From positions 1 to 60,616 of IMG/VR virus record IMGVR_UViG_3300033417_000008: 60,616 nucleotides of DNA; one strand, given 5' to 3'. How positions within the stretch are numbered: position 1 is the stretch's first letter; the number at the start of each line of letters is the position of its first letter. This document shows, one piece after another, positions 1 through 9,060 of the stretch. The position numbers were made by a program, and so were the translations under genes. The notes under the pieces are model-generated. The model had not been told where the DNA came from and did no database searches. It was given only the letters and a program-made list of their open reading frames with translations. The stretch comes from a virus.

Positions 1-127
1 CGACGGGCGCGAGCGCCGTTGATGTAGCGCTCGTGCGCGTCGTGGATGTGGCGGCCAGCCTTACGGGATCGGCTGTTGTCGCCGCGAGCGCAGAGCGTGT
101 CGTCGAGGGCCAATCGGCACTGACGGG
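1..127. repeat. assembly overlap: 1..127 identical to 60490..60616 (circular closure)
   Basis: Base-by-base comparison of both window ends: identical 127 nt. Confidence 0.95.
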
Positions 128-614
128 CTCGGCCAGCGCCGATGCAACCCCACTCGCTGTCCGCGAGGCGGAGGCCGTGCTCGCGGGTGCGGGAGCCGCT
201 GATGTGGTGGCCATCGGCTTTGTACTGGCCGTTTCGTCGGCGGATGGCCATTCGACGGTCTCCGTTCAGCTGGTGGCGGTTCACTCAGCTGACGTTGCGG
301 CCTTCGGGTCGGGCGCGGTCACACGAGCGGACATCACGCTCTTCCCGGGCGGCATCATCACCGTGGACGCCGAGGCGGTTCTCACCGGGCACGGCGCCCT
401 CACTGCGCCTGCTGTGGGGTTGTTCAGTGCCGAGGCGACACTGCTCGGGCTCAGCCTGATCGCGGCTCAGGCGTTCCGTTACCCTATTATGGTTGAGCCG
501 CTGATGTTCGACTGGGAGGATTCGCGCCTGACGTTCACACTGATGGATAATGGACCGCTGGGCTTCGAGCTTGACGACTCGGGGCGCTTGACATTCGATC
601 TGGTGGAGGCCTGA
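1..614 (+). CDS. 3' part of wrap-around gene: repeat-rich fibre-like protein (same gene as 58425..60616, ~892 aa)
   Basis: Frame of ORF 33..614 is open back to nt 3 and is in phase with open frame 58425..60616 when 60490 = 1; same A/G/S/T/V-rich ~20-aa repeats; stop TGA 612..614. Confidence 0.8.
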   Translation, partial: TGASAVDVALVRVVDVAASLTGSAVVAASAERVVEGQSALTGSASADATPLAVREAEAVLAGAGAADVVAIGFVLAVSSADGHSTVSVQLVAVHSADVAAFGSGAVTRADITLFPGGIITVDAEAVLTGHGALTAPAVGLFSAEATLLGLSLIAAQAFRYPIMVEPLMFDWEDSRLTFTLMDNGPLGFELDDSGRLTFDLVEA

Positions 615-967
615 TGGCTGAGGTGAAGGAGGTCAAGCGCGGGGATACCGCTCTCTTCCGTGGCACGTGTAAGGATGCTACGGGCACTGCTGTCTCCATC
701 GCGGGCGCCACTGTCTGTTTCCATCTCGCCACGGGGCGAGCGGGCTCTACATCGATCCTCGTTGACGAAGCTGCGACGAACGTCGAGGACCTGGACGCCG
801 AAGAGGTTGGAGTGGCGGAATACGAGATGACGCCAGCAGAGACCGCGGTGCTCGGCGAGGGTCACTATCTTGCCGAATTCGAGGTAACCTGGGGCACGGG
901 AGTTGTCAAGACCTTCCCCACACGTCCCCGCGATCTGAACGCCACGGTCTATGCCGACCTGGCCTGA
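614..967 (+). CDS. small Ig-like/beta-sandwich virion protein (BppU_N-like pattern), function unknown
   Basis: 117 aa; TGATG junction with upstream gene; 'KRGDTALFRGTCKDATGTAVSIAGATVCFH' and 'GHYLAEFEVTW' resemble small phage Ig-like modules (by eye only). Confidence 0.5.
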   Translation: MAEVKEVKRGDTALFRGTCKDATGTAVSIAGATVCFHLATGRAGSTSILVDEAATNVEDLDAEEVGVAEYEMTPAETAVLGEGHYLAEFEVTWGTGVVKTFPTRPRDLNATVYADLA

Positions 968-994
968 CAATCGGTTAACATAGTCAGCGTACGA

Positions 995-1041
995 GAGCCT
1001 CCACCCGGACAGGGCTAGAACCGGGGCGGAGGCTCTATTTT
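995..1041 (+). terminator. GC-rich stem-loop plus T-tract (twin of 49587..49632); 3' arm contains the GGAGG of the next gene
   Basis: 'GAGCCTCCACCCGG-acagggctagaa-CCGGGGCGGAGGCTC' followed by 'tatttt'. Confidence 0.6.
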
Positions 1042-1660
1042 GGTTGTGGCCGCGACCGCCAGTTACGCCTCGGTCGATGAGTACCGGGCCGCTGCTGGCA
1101 AGGACGAGCTCGAATCAGACGAGGCTATCGAGCAGATCCTCGACGGCATCTCGCGCTGGATCGACCGCCGCACCGATCGATTCTTCGGCCAGGAGGGCTC
1201 GGTCGCCTCCCCGGTGACCCGCTCCTACGTGGCTGAGGCGCCACGGCGGCTGGTCATCGATGACCTGGTCTCGGTCTCGGCCATCAGGATCACCGATCCC
1301 TCAGCGGTGACCACTCCCGTTTACACACTGGCCGCTGCTGACTATCTGCTCTGGCCGCTGAACGCGCCGCTCGGCTCCGAGCCTGCGCCGTACCGTGAGA
1401 TCCGGGTCCCTTCCACATCGACATTCACGGCGTTCGTCGCGGGGACGCTTGTCGAGATCGATGGCGTGTGGGGCTGGCCCGCGGTTCCATCGGCTGTTAG
1501 CCAGGCCACAATCGAGCTGGCCCGTATCTGGCGGATCGAGTCGCCGCGCGCAACGGTGCAGGTCGATTCGATGGGCACCTCGCTCGGCATGTCTCAGGAG
1601 GCGCGGAAGATCGTTGCCTCGCTGGCCGACTCCTACCGCCGCCGCTGGTTCGTCGTATGA
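1040..1660 (+). CDS. head-tail connector/adaptor protein (gp6-like)
   Basis: 'ASVDEYRAAAG..DEAIEQILDGISRWIDRRTDRFF' matches the gp6-like head-tail connector N-terminal pattern; TTG 1040 or GTG 1046 after GGAGG. Confidence 0.7.
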   Translation: MVVAATASYASVDEYRAAAGKDELESDEAIEQILDGISRWIDRRTDRFFGQEGSVASPVTRSYVAEAPRRLVIDDLVSVSAIRITDPSAVTTPVYTLAAADYLLWPLNAPLGSEPAPYREIRVPSTSTFTAFVAGTLVEIDGVWGWPAVPSAVSQATIELARIWRIESPRATVQVDSMGTSLGMSQEARKIVASLADSYRRRWFVV

Positions 1661-2118
1661 CGGTTCTCACGGTTCGGGTGACTGGCCGCCTGAACGCGGC
1701 TGCTGTGACGCAGGCGGGCCTCCGCGATGTGGTTAGCCGCTGGGTCGGCGCCACGCTGCTCTACGGCGAACGACGCCTCAGGCTGCTGGTCCCGAAGGAC
1801 ACGTCTGCCGCAGCTCGCTCGTTTGTCTCCCAGCAGCGTGGCCTTGTGGGCTCGGTTCACTCACCGCTCGCCTACGTGACGGTTCTCGATCAGGGACGTC
1901 GTCCTGGGGCCCGTCAGCCGCCAACACAGGCCCTTGCAGGCTGGGCTCGGCGGCATGGCTTCGAGGGCTCTCTGTTCGTGCTTGCTCGTGCCATCGGACG
2001 GCGAGGAATCCCGGCCAAGCGCTTTTTTGACCAGGCGCAGCAGGATACGCAGGCCTACGTGCCGCAGCTGCTCCGCCAGACCGTACGCGACGTAGGCCGT
2101 CTCTGGTCGGGGGGCTGA
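1657..2118 (+). CDS. head-tail joining protein, HK97 gp10-like
   Basis: 153 aa; 'LLVPKDTSAAARS' resembles the P.DTG.L..S core of the gp10 family; ATGA overlap with upstream gene. Confidence 0.55.
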   Translation: MTVLTVRVTGRLNAAAVTQAGLRDVVSRWVGATLLYGERRLRLLVPKDTSAAARSFVSQQRGLVGSVHSPLAYVTVLDQGRRPGARQPPTQALAGWARRHGFEGSLFVLARAIGRRGIPAKRFFDQAQQDTQAYVPQLLRQTVRDVGRLWSGG

Positions 2119-2597
2119 TGGACATTTCGACCACGCTTGCGGCGCTGGCGGACATCGAGTTGGCGGTATCGATCACAGAGTCGGGGACGGTGATTCCGGT
2201 TCGCAAGGTCTACGAATCCTTCCCGCCAGCGTCTCAGAAGCTCGATCCGCGCGACATGCCGCTGTGGATCAACACATGGTCATTCGATTCCGATCAGCGT
2301 GGACCATTCGGCGTCGGCCGCGAGGTCTACCGCATCACCGCGACCATGTTCGTCGGTGAGGCGACCGGAGAGCTGGCCCGTCTCGTTCGCCAGGGACGCA
2401 AGCTTCACTCGGCGTTCCTCGCCGCATTGCGGTTGAATCTCACGCTCGGCGGCACCGCGACCGCTGGTCACGACGTACGCGGCGGCGAGCCAACCGAGGG
2501 GCTGACCGACCGTGGCGGCATCGAATACGTCACCTACGCTCACATTCTCGAAGTGCCATTCTGGGAGAGCGCGGATTTCGCGCTCGGTGTCCCCTAG
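2118..2597 (+). CDS. tail completion/terminator-like protein (positional call)
   Basis: 159 aa; between the gp10-like gene and the tail tube candidate; TGATG junction. Confidence 0.45.
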   Translation: MDISTTLAALADIELAVSITESGTVIPVRKVYESFPPASQKLDPRDMPLWINTWSFDSDQRGPFGVGREVYRITATMFVGEATGELARLVRQGRKLHSAFLAALRLNLTLGGTATAGHDVRGGEPTEGLTDRGGIEYVTYAHILEVPFWESADFALGVP

Positions 2598-2613
2598 CAG
2601 CTAGGAGGGATCG

Positions 2614-3600
2614 ATGGTCGAAGTCGCGCAGGTATTCCAGGGATTCCAGATCGGGATGGAGACAGTCCAGGGCACTCCGGTTGCCGCTGGCAATCGGTTG
2701 CTCTCGCTCGGGATCGAGCCTGGATGGAACGCCGAGATCACGCCGTTCCGCGCCACGGGGCGGAAGTACGTCGTTCAGGCAGTGTTGAACAAGGAGTACA
2801 CGGTGGCTCCGGTCACCGGAATTCCGACGTTCAGCGAGCTTCAGTACGTTCTGTCGAGCATCATCACCAACTCGGCGGTCAACGCGCTGGGCGGGGGCGC
2901 CTTCCAGTGGTTGTTCGTGACCGATCCAGGGGGGCCGGATACCGTCAAGACGTACACAGTCGAGTACGGCAATGATGCGACTGGCTCGCGACGGTTCGCA
3001 GGCGCCATTGTTCGCTCGCTCGGGATCGCGTTCGACCGCGACAACGGCCTGACCCTCAACGGAGAGGTCATCGGGTCGGCAATCGAAGAGGGGATCACGC
3101 TCACGACGACGCCGACCGTTATTCCGCTGGTGCCGATCCTCCCGGCGCGGACGTCGATTTATCTTGACACCGACTCGGGCGTCATCGGGACGACGAAGCT
3201 CAGCCGCGTGTTCTCGTTCGACTGGCGGCTCAACAACAAGTTCAATCCTGTCTTTCCACTCGACGAGGCGGTCGGCACGGGCTATGCCGCGACGGTTGAG
3301 GTTGCCCCCGAGCACACCTTCACGCTGCTGATGGCACACGACGCCGAGGGAGCGGCCAACGTTACGAGGCTGCGGGCAGGAACCCCGGTGTTCGTTCGCG
3401 TCGAGTGCACCGGGGCCGCGATCGGAGGCGGCAACAGCTATCGCCTCAGGATCGATCTTGCGGGCCAGGTGTCCGCTGTGGCAAGGCCGTCAGACCGAAA
3501 CGGTGTCTACGTCTGTGGCTGGACGCACACGGCGCTGGAGGATGCGACCTGGGGTAACGTAGCCACAATCGAGTTGATCAATGCGCAAGCGGCCCTGTGA
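2614..3600 (+). CDS. major tail (tube) protein candidate
   Basis: 328 aa; GGAGGG RBS; lies upstream of the chaperone/tape-measure genes; capsid protein is elsewhere (50541..51794). Confidence 0.55.
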   Translation: MVEVAQVFQGFQIGMETVQGTPVAAGNRLLSLGIEPGWNAEITPFRATGRKYVVQAVLNKEYTVAPVTGIPTFSELQYVLSSIITNSAVNALGGGAFQWLFVTDPGGPDTVKTYTVEYGNDATGSRRFAGAIVRSLGIAFDRDNGLTLNGEVIGSAIEEGITLTTTPTVIPLVPILPARTSIYLDTDSGVIGTTKLSRVFSFDWRLNNKFNPVFPLDEAVGTGYAATVEVAPEHTFTLLMAHDAEGAANVTRLRAGTPVFVRVECTGAAIGGGNSYRLRIDLAGQVSAVARPSDRNGVYVCGWTHTALEDATWGNVATIELINAQAAL

Positions 3601-3618
3601 GCCGGTAGGAGGAGAGAT

Positions 3619-4395
3619 ATGACCGATATTGTGCTGACTCTCGGGTTCACGGCCACCGGCGGCGGATTGGCCAACCCGATATCGATGCCCGTACCGCTCA
3701 GCGGAAACAACGCCCTCGTCATCGACTACGACACGATCAACGATCCGACCCAGGCGATGCTGCTGGCGCTCCAGTCGAGCGGCCTACAGGGGTTCCTGCT
3801 CACATGCACTATTGCGGCGACCCTGACATTCAAGGACTCGGGCGGCACGACCGTCTTCGAGGTCGTGTTGGCGCCGAACATCGCCTATACATGGCACAAT
3901 CAGTCGAATGTGACCAACCCCATCGGCGACGATGTGTCGTTCCTGAACGTCAATACAGCGGCCGTTGGGCGGCTACGGTGCGTGTTCCTTCAGGATGCGA
4001 CGCCTGCTGAGGCTACCGTCGCCCTGACCGGCACGATCACCACCGCGGTCGAGAGCGAGATCGTCACGGGTGGTCGTACGATCATCCTGACGCTGACTGG
4101 AGCCGAGTGGGCTCCTGCTGGTGCGGCATTCGACGCTCAGCGGCTCGCGATTGCAGCGGGCATCGTGGCCGCCGAGTCTGAGGCCGCTGGTTGGAACGCC
4201 GAGGTTTCGCCGGCATTCGTGCCCTCGAACGTGGTTCGGACCAGCGCGACGCAGGTCACGGTGACCACACCGGCAGCCGGAAGCTACGTCATCACATCAG
4301 ATGAGACGCTCACCGCGACCGTACCCGCAGCGGCGACCGATGCCGCACAGGTCATGGTGGCGACGCCGACAGCGACGATCACGGCCAACAGCTAA
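3619..4395 (+). CDS. hypothetical tail-module protein with T/A/V-rich C-terminal half
   Basis: 258 aa; AGGAGGAG RBS; no motif recognised. Confidence 0.5.
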   Translation: MTDIVLTLGFTATGGGLANPISMPVPLSGNNALVIDYDTINDPTQAMLLALQSSGLQGFLLTCTIAATLTFKDSGGTTVFEVVLAPNIAYTWHNQSNVTNPIGDDVSFLNVNTAAVGRLRCVFLQDATPAEATVALTGTITTAVESEIVTGGRTIILTLTGAEWAPAGAAFDAQRLAIAAGIVAAESEAAGWNAEVSPAFVPSNVVRTSATQVTVTTPAAGSYVITSDETLTATVPAAATDAAQVMVATPTATITANS

Positions 4396-4473
4396 GAGGC
4401 AAAACGGGGCGAGGGGCGGGCGGCCTAACAACCCGCTCGTCTCTCGCTATCTGGGAGAGACTGAACGTGCAGT

Positions 4474-4842
4474 ATGCCGATTGACCTCGATAGCTCGATC
4501 CTGGACCGCGCAGACGCGCCCGTAGAGTTCGCGGGCCAGACCGCGAAGCTCACCTACCGTCCGACGGCATTCACGCCCGCCATGGAGGCCGACTACCGGG
4601 CGGTGCTGCGCAGCGGTGCCCGCACAGACGGCCAGTACGCCGCGTGGCTCCTATGTCGGGTCCTGATTTCGTGGGACGTCACGCGGGGCGATGATCTGAT
4701 TCCGATCACCGATGAAGGGCTGAGCGACGTGCCGTCTCAACTGCTGTGGGCCTGCATCAATGCGATCCATGACCACAGACGCCCAAAAGAGAAGACCGAG
4801 CCCAGCTCCGACGATACCTCGTCACTGGAGACGCCAAGCTGA
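4474..4842 (+). CDS. tail assembly chaperone (gpG-like)
   Basis: 122 aa acidic ORF directly upstream of the tape measure; carries a slippery heptamer near its 3' end. Confidence 0.75.
   Translation: MPIDLDSSILDRADAPVEFAGQTAKLTYRPTAFTPAMEADYRAVLRSGARTDGQYAAWLLCRVLISWDVTRGDDLIPITDEGLSDVPSQLLWACINAIHDHRRPKEKTEPSSDDTSSLETPS
4782..4788 (+). promoter_or_regulatory. -1 programmed frameshift site C CCA AAA (X XXY YYZ in phase with the gpG frame)
   Basis: Zero-frame codons cgc-cca-aaa (R-P-K of '..HRRPKEK..'); the -1 frame is open from 4773 to TAG 5013..5015. Confidence 0.6.
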
Positions 4843-5015
4843 TGCCCGACTGGTATCCGGTGATTCGGGTTGCGCGCATGTTCGGGCGCCCACCGATGGA
4901 GGTGGAGACGTGGCCAGATCACTGGATCAACTATGCGCTGATGGCCGATGCGGCCGAAGAGGGCGCGCGCGCTGACCGCATCCGCCAGGCCCGCAACATG
5001 TGGAGCACTGACTAG
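4842..5015 (+). CDS. gpT-like -1 frame ORF (probably expressed as a gpGT fusion)
   Basis: 57 codons, 'MPDWYPVIRVARMFGRPPMEVETWPDHWINYALMADAAEEGARADRIRQARNMWSTD'; below the ORF-track size cutoff; -1 relative to 4474..4842. Confidence 0.6.
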   Translation: MPDWYPVIRVARMFGRPPMEVETWPDHWINYALMADAAEEGARADRIRQARNMWSTD

Positions 5016-5018
5016 GCT

Positions 5019-8000
5019 ATGGCGATCAACGTCAACCAGCTGAAGCTCGAGGTGATCGGCGATACCAGCAGAGCCGATAACTCGCTGCGTCAACTCGACG
5101 GCTCCATGCGGGCGGTGGAAGGCAGCGGCCAGAGGGGTGCGGCCAGTGCTCAGAACCTCGCGGGGGCGCTCACCGGTATCGAGGGGCCTGCTGGCCGAGC
5201 GGCTGGCCAGATGCTCGGCGTCAATTCGTCTGTCGCAGCACTCGCTGGCGCTGGCGGGCCAATCATTGCGCTTACAGCCCTGGTCGGCGGATTGGCCACT
5301 GCTGCATTCCAGCTGGGCGCGGCGTGGGACGATGCAACCGACCGGATCCGCATCGGGACGGGTGCCACGGGTACTGCATTGCGTGGGCTTCAGGAGGATT
5401 TGAGCGCTGTCTACACATCGGTTCCTGGTGATCTCAAGACCGCATCTCAGGTCATCGCTGATCTGAACACGCGGCTGGGGCTGACCGGAGAGCCGCTACG
5501 CCAACTGGGCGTTCAGTTGCTGGAGTTCTCGCGCCTGACGGGGACCGACGCGGTCGAGAACGTGCGGCTGTTGACCAGGACCTATGGCGACTGGGGCATC
5601 GCCACCGAGGATCAGAGCGAGGCGCTCGATAAGCTGTTCCGTGCCTCGCAGGTGGCTGGCGCCTCGACCACGCAGCTTCAGACGCTGCTCGTTCAGTACG
5701 GCGCTCCCTTGCGTCAACTTGGTATCAGCTTCGATGAGGCGACCGCGCTCTTGGGCAAGTTCGAGAAGGAAGGCGTCAACACCGAGCTAGTCATGGGCTC
5801 GCTCCGCATCGCCATTGGCAATCTCGCGGCGGCCGGCATTCCGCTGGAGTCGGGCATCCAGGATGTGATCACCAAGATTCGAGACATGGAGGATGCCAGC
5901 GCGGCAACAGCGCTGGCGATTCAGACCTTCGGCGCTCGGGCTGGACCTGACATGGCAGCGGCGATCCGCGAGGGTCGTTTCGAGATCGACTTGTACCTGG
6001 ATGCGATACAGAACACAGGTGAGTCGGTCCAGATCGCAGCAGCCGACACCGACGATGCCGCTCAGCGGATGGAGAAAAGCTGGAAGCAGGTGCAGTTGGC
6101 TGCGACTCCGGCGGGCGAGGCGGTGTTTATCTTCGGCGACATTCTGGCAACGGCAGCGACGGGGCCAGTGGCAGAGTTCGCCGCGAGCCTGAACAACATT
6201 GCGCGTCTGTTCAAGTTGACCGGCGAGGGAGCGATTACCTGGGGCCAGGTCATCGGTCAGGTGGCTCAGGACGTCGGCAATCTCGCGCTACCGGGGCTGG
6301 ACACCACAGGCGCCAAGACGACCGCATCATTCGGGCTTGGCTCAGAAGTTGGCGATCTGCTCGGCGAGATTGGCCGCAGGTTTGAGGCTCGGCAGAACTT
6401 CGATGGGGCGCTTCTGACCCGTGGTCAGGCGGCCCAGAACAAGCAGACCGCCGAGGAGAACTGGCGCATATGGAGCGAGGGGCAGGGTGCGGCCGCGGCG
6501 CCCGAGATCGAGCGGGCCGCCGAGCAGGTAGAAGAGGAGTTCGATAGTGCTGCGGCTCTGCTGGAGCGGGCTCAGAACGACTTTCTGGCTGGCTTCACAC
6601 GGGCGGGTGCTGACCGGGACATCGGGGCAGCGGCGACCAGGAGCCTCGCTTCGCTGGAAGGGGCGCTGAGAGACGCCACTCCTGAGCTGCGCGCTGCAGC
6701 CGGACAGACCGCTGATTCGCTCGTGGCCGAGATGGAAAAGATACTCGGGCCCGAGCGTGGTTCGGAGCTTGGCCGCGATTACGTCGATGCGGTGCTCGCG
6801 GCGCTGGCCGGGGAAGAGGGCGCCCAGGATCGGGCTCGCCAGATCGCCGAGCAGTTCGCAACCGAGGCTGCCGGCGTCAAAGCAGGAGCTCAGTCGGCGG
6901 CCGAGGCGAAGCGGAACCAGGCCGAGCAGGACAAGGCCGTTCGCGAGGCCGAGCGTGTGGTCAAAGAAACTGCGGATACGTGGGCCAAGGCCAACAAGGC
7001 CATCGAGCAGGGGGTCAGGGAACGGGCGGCTGCGGTCGAGGATGCCGAGGGCAAAATTGCTAAGGCTCAGGATGATGAGCGACAGGCGACTGAGGAGCTG
7101 CTGCGCACCCACGGCGAGACGCGGGACATCGACGCCAGGCGCCAGGCGGCTGAATCGTTCGGCCAGACATTCCGATCGATGGACTTCGACGGCCAGCAGC
7201 AGGCAATCGAGGACCTTGACCGTTCCCTCGGCGATCGTGCCTCGTTGGAGACCAGGCGTCAGGCCATGGAGGAATGGGTCCGCGAAGAGAGCGTGGGCTA
7301 TCAACGGTTGGAAGTGGCATCGAACCGACGCAGAGAGGTCGAGGCCACCGATCTGCAACGGACCCGCGAGGACCGCGCCCTCTCGCTGCGCCAGGAACGC
7401 GAGGATTCCGAGGCCAGGCTCAACCTGAACCGTCGAGAGCGCGACTTCAGCCGTTCCACAGGTAGGGACCGCGACGATGCAGCGCGCGCCTCTCTGCGCC
7501 AGGTTGAGGATGCGACTCGCTCCTATCAGCAGCGAGTCGCCGATATCACGCGGCAGGGTGGGCCGAACGTCGGGGCTCAGTTGGCCGATGCCGCGCGCCA
7601 GTTCGGCCAGCAGCAGGCTGACGCTCAGCGGCAGCAGGGACGGGCTGCCGAGGATGCGGCACTCCGAATCCAGCGCCAGCGGGCCGATGCAGCGACAGCT
7701 CAGTCCGACGCCGAGGCCGACCGCGCCAGGCGTCGTGCACAGGAAGCGGCCGACCTGAGCCAGCGGCGGGGTGAACAGAACGCCGACCGCCAGCGAGCAA
7801 ACGACTTTGCCGATGCTGACTTCCGCAAGCGGTCCGAGAACGAGACATCGCTGAAGAATTACCGGGGGGCGCTGGAGCGGCAGTTGCAGGTTGACCGCGA
7901 CACGCAGTCGGAGCAGGAGCGAAAGCGGCAGGAGACCAGGATCGCTGAGACGCTGACGACGGCGACCGACGCGGCGTGGGCGCATGTCGACGCGGTGTAC

Positions 8001-8393
8001 GAGCGCACCTATCAGCGATTGAGCCAACTGTTCACGGATCTGGAGCAGCAACACCCGTGGATCAGCGGCCAACTCGACGTCGAGCAAGCGCTTCCTCGGG
8101 CCTTCGAGCGGCCAGGTGCGGCGGCTGCATCGGGGATCGGGGGAGAGATCGAAGGATTCCTCCGCGATCTCTCTGAGCAGTTTCGCGACCCGACGACGGG
8201 GACCGCTCATTCGCGCTTGGATGAGATCGCGGCGAACACGAAGGCGCCCATCGAGCTCTCGGATATGACGATTGCGAGACTGGCCGAGATCCTCGCGCGC
8301 CGCGCGCCCACTGTGATCACGCTCGACGGAGAGGTCATCGCGCGCAGCACGACGGGCTTCCAAGTTGACGACCTGCGGGCGAGGGCGGGCTGA
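5019..8393 (+). CDS. tail tape measure protein
   Basis: 1124 aa, largest gene; follows the chaperone pair; A/G/L-rich N-terminal half and R/E/D/Q/A-rich coiled-coil C-terminal half. Confidence 0.9.
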   Translation: MAINVNQLKLEVIGDTSRADNSLRQLDGSMRAVEGSGQRGAASAQNLAGALTGIEGPAGRAAGQMLGVNSSVAALAGAGGPIIALTALVGGLATAAFQLGAAWDDATDRIRIGTGATGTALRGLQEDLSAVYTSVPGDLKTASQVIADLNTRLGLTGEPLRQLGVQLLEFSRLTGTDAVENVRLLTRTYGDWGIATEDQSEALDKLFRASQVAGASTTQLQTLLVQYGAPLRQLGISFDEATALLGKFEKEGVNTELVMGSLRIAIGNLAAAGIPLESGIQDVITKIRDMEDASAATALAIQTFGARAGPDMAAAIREGRFEIDLYLDAIQNTGESVQIAAADTDDAAQRMEKSWKQVQLAATPAGEAVFIFGDILATAATGPVAEFAASLNNIARLFKLTGEGAITWGQVIGQVAQDVGNLALPGLDTTGAKTTASFGLGSEVGDLLGEIGRRFEARQNFDGALLTRGQAAQNKQTAEENWRIWSEGQGAAAAPEIERAAEQVEEEFDSAAALLERAQNDFLAGFTRAGADRDIGAAATRSLASLEGALRDATPELRAAAGQTADSLVAEMEKILGPERGSELGRDYVDAVLAALAGEEGAQDRARQIAEQFATEAAGVKAGAQSAAEAKRNQAEQDKAVREAERVVKETADTWAKANKAIEQGVRERAAAVEDAEGKIAKAQDDERQATEELLRTHGETRDIDARRQAAESFGQTFRSMDFDGQQQAIEDLDRSLGDRASLETRRQAMEEWVREESVGYQRLEVASNRRREVEATDLQRTREDRALSLRQEREDSEARLNLNRRERDFSRSTGRDRDDAARASLRQVEDATRSYQQRVADITRQGGPNVGAQLADAARQFGQQQADAQRQQGRAAEDAALRIQRQRADAATAQSDAEADRARRRAQEAADLSQRRGEQNADRQRANDFADADFRKRSENETSLKNYRGALERQLQVDRDTQSEQERKRQETRIAETLTTATDAAWAHVDAVYERTYQRLSQLFTDLEQQHPWISGQLDVEQALPRAFERPGAAAASGIGGEIEGFLRDLSEQFRDPTTGTAHSRLDEIAANTKAPIELSDMTIARLAEILARRAPTVITLDGEVIARSTTGFQVDDLRARAG

Positions 8394-8848
8394 TGGGCTT
8401 TCAGGTATTCAGCCTCGGCGGGCTGGATCTCAGGCATACCAGCGGAGCCTACATCGTGCCAGACACGGTAGACGAATGGGACCCGAATTGGGAAGAAACC
8501 TTCGCCGTCAACTGTGGATCGCAGGGCGGTGCGCGCTTGGTCAAGTCCACGCTCCGCGAGACGGCGCGGCGGCTGGCGGTGATTTGCCTGGGTACGACGG
8601 TCACCGAGGCAAAGGCGAATCGGCTGGCAATCGAGGCGGTGCTGTCCACGGCGCGGGCGAATCGCGACGTGCCGACGGTGACCTACGTCGAGCAGGACAC
8701 GACCGAGACCGAGCCTGACTCGTGGTACGTGATCGGCGGCAAGCTCACACCCTCGTCCTCAATACCAGGTCTCGGGCGCATCGTTGGGGTGGTCAACGGC
8801 AAGCGTGTTGCCTGTTGTCTGCTCAACCTCGCGCTGACCAAGACGTAA
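8393..8848 (+). CDS. distal tail protein-like (positional call)
   Basis: 151 aa; TGATG junction with the tape measure. Confidence 0.45.
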   Translation: MGFQVFSLGGLDLRHTSGAYIVPDTVDEWDPNWEETFAVNCGSQGGARLVKSTLRETARRLAVICLGTTVTEAKANRLAIEAVLSTARANRDVPTVTYVEQDTTETEPDSWYVIGGKLTPSSSIPGLGRIVGVVNGKRVACCLLNLALTKT

Positions 8849-8885
8849 GGAGAGCCGCACGGCTATTCTCGACGCCCAATCCGAT

Positions 8886-9060
8886 CTCATTGGGCGCAGC
8901 AGCCAAGATGCAACCGCTGTTCGGATCGCGGATGGCATTGGTGCTCTCATTGGGCGCAGCAGCCAAGATGCAACCGCTGTTCGGATCGCGGATGGCATTG
9001 GTGCTCTCATTGGGCGCAGCAGCCAAGATGCGGCCGCTGTTCGGATCGCCGATGCCATCG
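8886..9060 (+). repeat. 60-bp tandem repeat, ~2.9 copies (two exact, third 6 mismatches)
   Basis: 'ctcattgggcgcagcagccaagatgcaaccgctgttcggatcgcggatggcattggtg' repeated with period 60; encodes 'IGRSSQDATAVRIADGIGAL' in frame 3. Confidence 0.95.

Noticed and set aside
1-127. Direct terminal repeat of the virion DNA
   Set aside because: An exact 127-nt overlap falling in the middle of a gene is more simply an assembler k-mer overlap on a circular contig. The real termini cannot be deduced from this.
6342-8363. 673-aa minus-strand ORF antisense to the tape measure gene. Similar long antisense or alternate-frame ORFs occur at 26081..27082(-), 54153..55358(-), 57118..58470(-), 45636..46412(-), 36319..37053(-), 35302..36060(-) and 2530..3339(-).
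   Set aside because: They lie opposite well-supported genes and are Arg/Pro/Gly/Ser-rich, with no RBS or coupling to neighbours. This is the expected by-product of high GC and low-complexity coding sequence on the other strand.
8886-9060. 60-bp repeats as a possible CRISPR array
   Set aside because: The repeats are directly tandem with no spacers and are in frame within an open reading frame. No cas genes are present.
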